Shown piece by piece: positions 44,873-52,546 of a DNA stretch of 64,000 bases; position 1 is the stretch's first letter, and each line of letters opens with the position of its first letter. The notes under the pieces are model-generated. The model saw nothing but the letters and a program-made list of their open reading frames with translations, was not told the origin of the DNA and searched no databases. The position numbers were made by a program, and so were the translations under genes. This DNA comes from Methanosarcinales archaeon Methan_01 (GTDB taxonomy: Archaea > Halobacteriota > Methanosarcinia > Methanotrichales > Methanotrichaceae): positions 32,714 to 96,713 of the forward strand of contig LUYE01000017.1 of the NCBI GenBank assembly GCA_001602645.1, in the 5' to 3' direction.

Positions 44873-45106
44873 ATTCGATAGGAGATCGTCTGAAGTTATA
44901 GGACTTCTCCCCGAAATGCGATTTTCTTCGGCGGCAGCCTCGATTCAATCCGGGACCGTCTTGAGGTCGACGGCGCCTATTCGGCGTCGGTTATGGCGAA
45001 ACCTACATAAGCCCCGTCCACATCTTGCCTCTGAAATGACCGTCCACCAACGACAGACGGGTTATATCATCCCTTCCGATAGCGGGCCCTTTTGAGGAGA
45101 TGCCAG

Positions 45107-46348
45107 ATGGAGTTTACCGCCCAAGAGAAGTACGAATTCAAACGGCTCCTCGAAGACCTGAGGAGCAAGAGCGGCAGGGGCACAGAGCTGATCTCGCTCT
45201 ACATCCCCCCCGACAAGCAGATATCCGACGTCACAGCTCAGCTCCGGGACGAGCACGGCCAGGCGTCCAACATCAAGTCCAAGCTCACCCGGACGAACGT
45301 CCAGAGCGCCCTCGAGTCGGTGATGGCGAGGCTCCGGTTGATCCCAAAGGCACCGCCAAACGGCGTCGCCATCTTCGTCGGGGCCGTCGACATCGGCGGG
45401 AACAAGACCGACATGTACAGCCGGGTTCTGGAGCCGCCGGAACCGATCGTCACCTACCGGTACCACTGCGACTCCTCGTTCCTCCTCACCCCCTTGGAGG
45501 ATATGCTCGCCGATAAGAAGACCTTCGGCCTGATCGTCCTCGACCGGAGGGAGGCGACGATCGGGACCCTCCGGGGAAAGCAGGTCGACGCCCTAAAGCA
45601 CCTCACCTCGTCGGTCCCTGGAAAGCAGAGGAAGGGGGGGCAGAGCAGCCACAGGTTCCAGCAGCTGAGGCTTATCGCAATCCACGAATTCTACAAGAGG
45701 ATCGGGGACAGCGCGTCTGAAGCGTTCCTCTCGATCGACAGAAAAGACCTGGAGGGGATCCTGATCGGAGGCCCCTCCCCGACGAAGGAGGAGTTCGTTG
45801 ATGGCGCCTTCCTCCACCACGAGCTCCAGCAGAAGATCCTCGAAGCCCTGGACGTCACCTACACCGACGAGTCGGGGCTCTACGAGCTGGTGGAGGCTGC
45901 CCAGGAGAGGCTGATCGACCTGGAGCTGACCCAGGAGAAGCTGGTCATGAGGAGGTTCATGAAGGAGCTGGTGAGCGATAAGGGCCTCGCCTCTTACGGG
46001 GAGAAGGAGGTCCGGGGGAACCTGACGATGGGGGCCGTCGACACCCTCCTCCTCTCCGAGGACCTCCGGAAGACGAGAGCTCGGATCGTCTGCACCAACG
46101 CCAGCTGCGACTTCTCCGAGGAGGCCACCCGGTCGCTGAACAGCCCGCCGCCGGGGACCTGTCTGCGGTGCGGGTCTCAGCTCTCCGTCGCCGACGAGGT
46201 GGACATCATATCCGACCTCTCCAGGATGGCGGAGGAGAGCGGAAGCTCCGTCAGGATCATATCCACCGACTTCGAGGAGGGGGCCCAGCTCTTCCGGGCC
46301 TTCGGCGGCATCGCAGCGATCTTGCGGTTCAGGACGAGCAGCCGCTGA
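45107..46348 (+). CDS. prf1: Peptide chain release factor aRF1
   Basis: ORF 45092-46348; the ATG at 45107 follows GAGGAG. It has the NIKS motif (GQASNIKSK) and the GGQS motif (KGGQSSHRF). Confidence 0.95.
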   Translation: MEFTAQEKYEFKRLLEDLRSKSGRGTELISLYIPPDKQISDVTAQLRDEHGQASNIKSKLTRTNVQSALESVMARLRLIPKAPPNGVAIFVGAVDIGGNKTDMYSRVLEPPEPIVTYRYHCDSSFLLTPLEDMLADKKTFGLIVLDRREATIGTLRGKQVDALKHLTSSVPGKQRKGGQSSHRFQQLRLIAIHEFYKRIGDSASEAFLSIDRKDLEGILIGGPSPTKEEFVDGAFLHHELQQKILEALDVTYTDESGLYELVEAAQERLIDLELTQEKLVMRRFMKELVSDKGLASYGEKEVRGNLTMGAVDTLLLSEDLRKTRARIVCTNASCDFSEEATRSLNSPPPGTCLRCGSQLSVADEVDIISDLSRMAEESGSSVRIISTDFEEGAQLFRAFGGIAAILRFRTSSR

Positions 46349-46407
46349 CCCCCGACTCCCACCTGGCTCCCGAAATCTAAAATACCAGGACGAAAGACCC
46401 CATAAAG

Positions 46408-46824
46408 ATGATCGAGGTGTCGCTGAGGGCGGCCGTCAGGCCCACCGAGAGCCCCGAGAAGGTGGCCGGGGCCCTGGTGACTCTATTTCCGGGGATCGAG
46501 GTCGATGCCGAAGGGGGCTGGATCTGCGGGCGGGGGGGCGCTGCCAGCCTTGTGACCTTCCACCGCCTCCTGAGGGAGCAGAGGATCCTGGATACGGCGC
46601 GGTCGGTGATGCTCCAGGGTCTGGTCGGAGACGCCGTCCAGTTCAGGCTGAATAAGCAGGCTGCCACCGTAGGGAGGATAAATTTTCCGCCGGAGGAGGA
46701 GCCCCTCGGATCGATCCACGTCGAGATCAGGGGGGCGGCCTCCCTCATAGACTGGCTCGCCCCCCGGACCGTCGACGGGAAGCCCCTCGAGGAGATCGAG
46801 CTGGAGGATGACGATCATGTTTAG
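46408..46824 (+). CDS. UPF0201-family (COG1931-like) putative RNA-binding protein
   Basis: 138-aa ORF. MIEVSLRAAVRPTESPEKV..AL..LFPG...FHRLLREQRILDTARS matches my memory of the archaeal UPF0201 family. Confidence 0.55.
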   Translation: MIEVSLRAAVRPTESPEKVAGALVTLFPGIEVDAEGGWICGRGGAASLVTFHRLLREQRILDTARSVMLQGLVGDAVQFRLNKQAATVGRINFPPEEEPLGSIHVEIRGAASLIDWLAPRTVDGKPLEEIELEDDDHV

Positions 46825-47590
46825 CTTCTCGTCCAGCGCCCTCGTCGATCAGCCCTTCGACTGGGCGTATCAGCTGGAGGATCTCGGCTACTCCGGCTGG
46901 GAGATCGTCGACGAGGGAAGGCAGAGGCTGACGGCCGAGACGCTGCCCCTAGCCCAGGAGATCGTCGAGACGACAGACCTCGTCATCACCATCCACCTCC
47001 CCTACTCCGACCTCAACCTAGCCAGCATGAACCAGCCGATCTGGGAGGAGACCCTCCGGCAGATGAAGGAGTGCATCAGCCTCGCCTCCGAGTTCTGCGG
47101 CCTCGCCGTCGTCCATCCCGGCTACCTCTCGCCCCTGGGAAAGCAGATGCCAGACCGGGCGTGGGAGCAGAACATTCTGGGCCTGCAGGAGATCTGCGAC
47201 CATGCCGAGGAGTTCGGGATGAGGATCGCCGTCGAGAATATGCTGAACATCGAGTCGATGCTGGGGAGGACCCCCGAGGAGATCCTGGGGATGCTGGAGA
47301 ACGTCCGGCGGGAGAACCTGGGGTTCGTCTTCGACGTAGGCCACGCCAACACCAACGGGAACGTCGACTCGTTTCTTGCCCTGAAGGAGAAGATCGTCCA
47401 CGTCCACGTCCACGACAACAAGGGGGCGAGGGACGAGCACCTGCCGGTCAAGAGCGGCAACGTCAACTGGCGTAGGGTGGCGAAGGCCCTCAACGGATAC
47501 GGGGGTCGGTTTGTGACGGAGGCCCGGACCCTCGTCCAGGGGGCCCAGTCCATGAGAAACCTGAAGGGCTTTCTGGAGGGCCCCGCATGA
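46808..47590 (+). CDS. Sugar-phosphate isomerase/epimerase (xylose-isomerase-like TIM barrel, AP_endonuc_2 family)
   Basis: 260-aa ORF overlapping the upstream gene by 17 nt. Motifs are VVHPG, IAVENM, FDVGHAN and VHVHDN. Confidence 0.8.
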   Translation: MTIMFSFSSSALVDQPFDWAYQLEDLGYSGWEIVDEGRQRLTAETLPLAQEIVETTDLVITIHLPYSDLNLASMNQPIWEETLRQMKECISLASEFCGLAVVHPGYLSPLGKQMPDRAWEQNILGLQEICDHAEEFGMRIAVENMLNIESMLGRTPEEILGMLENVRRENLGFVFDVGHANTNGNVDSFLALKEKIVHVHVHDNKGARDEHLPVKSGNVNWRRVAKALNGYGGRFVTEARTLVQGAQSMRNLKGFLEGPA

Positions 47591-48234
47591 CGCCTTCGGC
47601 GGATGAGCTGGCCGAGGAGATATCCCGCCACCTAGAGGAGAAGGACCGGGCCCGGGAGGAGGCGCTGGCCCTGACGAGGGTCGTCGTCCGACGGTCCGGC
47701 GCCGCCATCAGGTCTGTCCACCGGGGGGAGCTCGACCGGGCCCTCGACCTCGCCGGCCGGGCGGGGGAGGACCTCGCCGCGATCCTGAACCTCCTGAAAG
47801 AGCACCCCGACGTCCGCTACTCCGGCCTCGTCGACGGAGCGGAGCAGGAGTACGCCGAGGCTAGGATCGTCTATGCCCTCATCACCGAGGAGAGGATCCC
47901 TCATCCCCAGGAGGTGGGGGTCGAGATGACGAGCTACTTGGCGGGGCTCGGCGACGCCGTCGGGGAGCTGAGGAGGCACATCCTCGACCTGATCCGGCTG
48001 GGGAGGCCGGAGGAGGGGGAGGTCCACCTCGCGGCGATGGAGGAGATATACCATCTCTTGATGTCTTTAGACTATCCGGACGCCGTCACCAAGGGGATGC
48101 GGCGGAAGGGGGACGTCGCCCGCTCCCTCCTGGATCGGACCCGGGGCGACCTCACCAATGCCATCGGCCAGCGGAGGCTGGAGGCGGAGCTGAAAGAGGT
48201 GGAGGAGCGGCTCAACCTGAAAGATACCCCATAG
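47587..48234 (+). CDS. Translin-family protein
   Basis: 215-aa all-helical ORF whose ATG overlaps the upstream stop. QEYAEA, YLAGLGDAVGELRR and the C-terminal RGDLT pattern are as in archaeal translin-like proteins (COG2178). Confidence 0.65.
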   Translation: MTPSADELAEEISRHLEEKDRAREEALALTRVVVRRSGAAIRSVHRGELDRALDLAGRAGEDLAAILNLLKEHPDVRYSGLVDGAEQEYAEARIVYALITEERIPHPQEVGVEMTSYLAGLGDAVGELRRHILDLIRLGRPEEGEVHLAAMEEIYHLLMSLDYPDAVTKGMRRKGDVARSLLDRTRGDLTNAIGQRRLEAELKEVEERLNLKDTP

Positions 48235-48259
48235 AAAAAACCGATCCATTTGTGGGATT

Positions 48260-49477
48260 CTATCCCCTCTTCGCCAGCGTCAGATCCCCGAAGGGCATGA
48301 CGATCGTCCTCGCATCCCGCCCCTGCCTCTCCCGGGCCATGGCGAGGGCCTCTGCGAGGCTTTTGGCAGGCCTGAAGAAGCACATCTCCGCGAGGGCGGG
48401 CGCCAGGGAGGAGACGAGGATCAGGTCCATCTCCAGGGAGTCCCTCGCGATGAGGGCGGCCTTGTGGCCGCCGAACTCGTACTCCCGGCCGAACCTCTCG
48501 ACGCAGTCCTCGGCGCACTTTGCCTCCATCGCCCACCGCTCGAAGACGGGGTGGCCGAGGCCTTCAGCGCACTCGGCTACGAGGATGAGGGAGCCTCCGG
48601 GGAGGACCGCCTCCCTCGCGTTCTCCATCGCCTTCTGGGCCTGGAAGAGGTTGATGTCCTTGGGGCGGCCGCCGGCGCAGGCGACGACGATCTCGGCGGG
48701 TTTGACGGCCCTCTGGTACATCTCGTCGACTACTCTCGCGCCGGCGCGGTGGGCTTTCACGAAGTCGCCGGCGACGGCCCGGACGATCTCCTTATTGCTA
48801 TTCAGAACGACGTTGAGGGTGAAGTCGAGGCCTGCAATTTTTGCCGCCTCCTCCATGTCCAGCCGGACGGGGCCGTCTAGGCGGCCGGACTTCGCCCTGG
48901 GGTCGGACATCATGGCGTGGTTCTTGTTGATCGACCTCTCGGAGCTGACGCCGGGGAGGAGGGCCTTCGCGCCGCCGCTGTAGCCGGCGTAGTAGTGGTA
49001 CTCGATATTCCCCGTCCCGATCTTGATGTCGGATGCCGCCACCTCCTCCAGGATCTCGACCGGAGTACCCCGGCTCGTCTCGCCAAGGTGGACGCATCGA
49101 TCCTTGTCGTGCTGGATGGAGGGGAGGCTGGCGGAGCCCTCCAGGAGGAGGGCCATCTCCTGGGCGGTCATCCTCCGATGGGTCCCCAGGCCGAAGACGA
49201 CCAGGATCTCGGATACCCCGACCTCTTCAAGCCTTCGGACGAGGGGCGGCAGGATCTTTGAGGTCGGCGCGGGGCGCGTTATATCGCTCACCATGATGGC
49301 GGCGGCCTTGAGTCCGGCGAAATCCCGGATGGTCGGGCCGAAGGGCTCGTCGAGGGCCCTCTCGATCTCCGCCGTCTCGTCGGGGGCTCCGGGCCTCTCC
49401 TCCGGGAGGACGACCTCAAAACCCTCGCATCCGTCCACCGGGAGGCGGATCCGGCCGGCGCCGTACCCGAGGTCCAT
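48260..49477 (-). CDS. LarA-family (nickel-pincer-nucleotide-dependent lactate racemase-like, DUF2088) protein
   Basis: 405-aa ORF with the motifs VSDITRPAP, GLGTHRRM, HYYAGYSGGAKALLPG and NKNHAMM. The ATG directly abuts the DUF58 stop codon. Confidence 0.8.
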   Translation of the reverse strand: MDLGYGAGRIRLPVDGCEGFEVVLPEERPGAPDETAEIERALDEPFGPTIRDFAGLKAAAIMVSDITRPAPTSKILPPLVRRLEEVGVSEILVVFGLGTHRRMTAQEMALLLEGSASLPSIQHDKDRCVHLGETSRGTPVEILEEVAASDIKIGTGNIEYHYYAGYSGGAKALLPGVSSERSINKNHAMMSDPRAKSGRLDGPVRLDMEEAAKIAGLDFTLNVVLNSNKEIVRAVAGDFVKAHRAGARVVDEMYQRAVKPAEIVVACAGGRPKDINLFQAQKAMENAREAVLPGGSLILVAECAEGLGHPVFERWAMEAKCAEDCVERFGREYEFGGHKAALIARDSLEMDLILVSSLAPALAEMCFFRPAKSLAEALAMARERQGRDARTIVMPFGDLTLAKRG

Positions 49478-50335
49478 TCAGGCCCTCCAGACCTTGGCCC
49501 GGCTGTTGACGTCGGAGAAGGCCTCGAATATGGGCCTATCGGTGGTGTAGCTGAAGAAGTCGGCCCCGACGGCGTCGCAGGCCTCCCGGATCCGGGCTTC
49601 GTGGGCCGCCATCCTCGCCGCGTACTCCTCTCTGACCTTGGGCGTCACCCTCGTCATCACCGCCTCCTTCGACTCCATATCGACGAACCGGAGGTCCCCC
49701 TCGAAGTCGAGGGCCGCCTCCGCCGGGTCGAGGACCTGGATCAGGATCAGGTCGTGGGCCGAGAGCTTATAGATCCCGGCGACGAGGCTCTCGATCTCGT
49801 CGAGGAGGTCGGAGACCACCACCACCAGGCTCGTCGACCTGATGGTTAGGTCGAACTGCTCCGCCATCCTCCGAAAGTCCGTCCCCCCCGAGGGGGCGGT
49901 CCGATCGAGCTCCTCCATGGCGAAAAAGAGGTTCCTCCGCCCCCCCTTCGTCTCCCCCGGCTCCAGCATCTCCCCGAACTTCGAGATCGAGAACTTCTCG
50001 TTCTCTTTTATCGCCATGTAAGCGAACCCCACCGCCACCTTTGATGCGAAGGCGAACTTCTCGCCGTAGTTCATGCTGGAACTCGCGTCGAGGAGGACGT
50101 GAACGGAGAGGCTCCTCTCCTCCTCGTGCTCCCGGACGTAGAGCTTCTCGGTCCTGGCGTAGACCTTCCAGTCGACGAACTTGAAGTCGTCCCCCTTCCG
50201 ATACTCCCGATATCCGACGGGGCTGATCCCCCGGCCCACCTTCACCGACCTCCGGGCCCCGGTGTAGGCGGTAGATACCCTCTTTCGCACGAGGAGGGTG
50301 AACCGGTCCAGCTCGGCGAGAAACTCCGTGTCCAT
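49478..50335 (-). CDS. DUF58-family protein (vWA-like partner of MoxR ATPases)
   Basis: 285-aa ORF. GYREYRKGDDFKFVDWKVYARTEKLYVREHEEERSLSVHVLLDASSSM is the canonical DUF58 core. Confidence 0.8.
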   Translation of the reverse strand: MDTEFLAELDRFTLLVRKRVSTAYTGARRSVKVGRGISPVGYREYRKGDDFKFVDWKVYARTEKLYVREHEEERSLSVHVLLDASSSMNYGEKFAFASKVAVGFAYMAIKENEKFSISKFGEMLEPGETKGGRRNLFFAMEELDRTAPSGGTDFRRMAEQFDLTIRSTSLVVVVSDLLDEIESLVAGIYKLSAHDLILIQVLDPAEAALDFEGDLRFVDMESKEAVMTRVTPKVREEYAARMAAHEARIREACDAVGADFFSYTTDRPIFEAFSDVNSRAKVWRA

Positions 50336-50344
50336 CGGCGGCCC

Positions 50345-51295
50345 TCAGATCGACTTCATGATCTCCGAGATCACCTGGTCGGTCGTGATGCCCCTCCTCT
50401 CGGAGTCGAAGGTGAGGATGATCCTGTGCCGGAGGATGGGGCGGGCCATCACCTCCAGGTCGGCACGATCGACGTAGTCCCTCCCGGAGAGGAGGGCCCG
50501 GGCCTTGGAGGCGAGGATGAGGCCGATGGAGGCCCGAGGGCTTGCGCCGTACTCAACCCCCTCCCAGCTCCGAGAGGAGACGACGGCCTTAATCGCCGCC
50601 CTCTTCAGGTCGTCGGAGATGGGGACGTCCCTCACAAGCTGCTGGAGGGATAGAAGCTCCCTTCGAGTGATCACCCTCTCCACCTTCGGCTCGGCGTGGC
50701 CGGTGTACCTCTCCATGATCTGATACTCCTCCTCGGGGCTTGGATAGTCTATGAAGACCTTCAAGAGGAACCGGTCGAGCTGGGCCTCCGGAAGAGGGAA
50801 AGTCCCCTCCATCTCGATGGGGTTTTGGGTCGCGAGGACGAAGAAGGGCTCCTCAAGCCGGTAGGTGTTCTTTCCTACGGTCACCTGCTTCTCCTGCATC
50901 GCCTCCAGCATGGCGCTCTGGGTTCGAGGCGAGGCTCGGTTGATCTCGTCGGCGAGGACGATGTTGGCGAAGATCGGCCCCTCCTCGAACCTGAAGTGCT
51001 TGCTCCCTTCCACCTCCTCGATCAAGGTGGTGCCGGTGATGTCTGCGGGCATCAGGTCCGGGGTGCACTGAATCCTGCTGAAGTTGAGGCCGGTGGTGCT
51101 GGCTATCGTCTTGACGAGGAGGGTCTTTCCTAGGCCGGGGTTACTCTCCAGGAGGATGTGCCCCCCCGCCAGGATGCCCACCAGAATCTGCTCCACCACC
51201 GACTTCTGGCCGACGACAACCTTCCCAATCTCGGCTTTGATCGTCTCGAAGATGGCCGGAGCATCCTTATAAACGTTGATCAGATCGTCTCTCAT
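50345..51295 (-). CDS. MoxR-family AAA+ ATPase
   Basis: 316-aa ORF. It has VVGQKSVVEQILVGILAGGHILLESNPGLGKTLL (Walker A), LADEINRASPRTQSAMLEAMQE (Walker B/sensor) and FFVLATQNP. Confidence 0.9.
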   Translation of the reverse strand: MRDDLINVYKDAPAIFETIKAEIGKVVVGQKSVVEQILVGILAGGHILLESNPGLGKTLLVKTIASTTGLNFSRIQCTPDLMPADITGTTLIEEVEGSKHFRFEEGPIFANIVLADEINRASPRTQSAMLEAMQEKQVTVGKNTYRLEEPFFVLATQNPIEMEGTFPLPEAQLDRFLLKVFIDYPSPEEEYQIMERYTGHAEPKVERVITRRELLSLQQLVRDVPISDDLKRAAIKAVVSSRSWEGVEYGASPRASIGLILASKARALLSGRDYVDRADLEVMARPILRHRIILTFDSERRGITTDQVISEIMKSI

Positions 51296-51341
51296 CTGTC
51301 CGCCCTCGGTGAGATCTACAGCTCTTTTTTTGTGTATTTCC

Positions 51342-52406
51342 TTATATTATTTCTTCATTTTGCCGAGGAGCCTCTCGAGAGAGGGCTGCCATCTTCTCGA
51401 AGTACCTCTTGATCACCTCGCGGTGCTGGGGGGGTAGGCTCTCGATGTATAAGTCCGTAGGGACCGCCACCCCCTCCCCCGGCTCCGAGGTGGCAAACAA
51501 CCGATCCATGGGCTCGGTCTCCCTCGAGCGGATCCCCGCCGCGGACCCCGGATAGAGGACCAGCTCCAGGTTCACCTCCTCCAGGACGGCCAGGGACGGC
51601 TTCCCGTAGATCTCCCCCGAGATCCCGGTGCTGGAGCCGTCCTCCTCGGAGGGCTCCTCATCCCCCAGAAGAGAGATAGCCCTCTCCCGGAGGTCGGAGA
51701 GGGACGAGAAGGGCTGGGGGGGGGCATCGTCTCCCGGGCTCTGACCGAAGATGGCCAGCGACGCGAGAAGGAAGACGAGGGCTCCAGCCTTGGCCTGGAC
51801 GGTGGGGACACTTTTATTGCCGAAACGGAGACGGCGCCTCTTCAAAAGGTCTGCGGCCCCCACCTTGGATAGGCACCTCTTGACGTCCTCGGCGAGGCTC
51901 TGCATCACCACCGAGTCGGATCTGCGGTTGTCGTAGGCGGCCTTCGTCTTCTCCGAGATCTCCTCGTCGAGGTGGGCGAAGAGGTCGTACCCCGACCTCT
52001 GACACAGGAATCTTCCTCCAAGAGCCCCCAGGAGGAGGGATGTGAGGGCAGGAGCCGCGGCTAGGAGGGAGCCGTGCCAGTAGAACCTGAAGAAGGCGGG
52101 AATCCCGAGGTACAGGGCGACGATGTAGATCAGGGTTGCGATTATGCCGGCGTTGAGGAGATACAGCCCCTGCTCAAGCCGCCTGTAGACCGCCGATAGC
52201 CTTCTCAGATCCGCCAGAAACTCGTACGAACCTTCCACGGACTCCCAAACGAGCCCATGGTAATAAGTAGTTTCCGAATTGAGATAAGCATCTGAAGGAG
52301 GGATTATTGCGTCCGATCCGGTGGCAAGGCGACGACGAAATCCCGCCTCAGATCTCGGAAGAGATATTATAGATCCTCGTATCCAATATGGATCGAAGAT
52401 TAACAC
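51342..52406 (-). CDS. Uncharacterised membrane protein, first gene of the MoxR cluster
   Basis: 354-aa ORF with TM stretches (LYLLNAGIIATLIYIVALYLGIPAFF, SLLAAAPALTSLLLGALGG, ALVFLLASLAIFG) and an acidic linker. The C-terminal motif is LPPQHREVIKRYFEKM. No family recognised with confidence. Confidence 0.55.
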   Translation of the reverse strand: MLIFDPYWIRGSIISLPRSEAGFRRRLATGSDAIIPPSDAYLNSETTYYHGLVWESVEGSYEFLADLRRLSAVYRRLEQGLYLLNAGIIATLIYIVALYLGIPAFFRFYWHGSLLAAAPALTSLLLGALGGRFLCQRSGYDLFAHLDEEISEKTKAAYDNRRSDSVVMQSLAEDVKRCLSKVGAADLLKRRRLRFGNKSVPTVQAKAGALVFLLASLAIFGQSPGDDAPPQPFSSLSDLRERAISLLGDEEPSEEDGSSTGISGEIYGKPSLAVLEEVNLELVLYPGSAAGIRSRETEPMDRLFATSEPGEGVAVPTDLYIESLPPQHREVIKRYFEKMAALSREAPRQNEEII

Positions 52407-52546
52407 CAGCCGAAATTAGGTTTATAGCCTTTGAAGAAGAACACCCCCTCGGCAGCCTCCTTCGAGAGGCAGAGTGGGGAAAAATCGACGATCGACTCTG
52501 GGCGCGGTTCTAGTCGGACCCGACCCCTTCAGGATATCCAAGAGAA

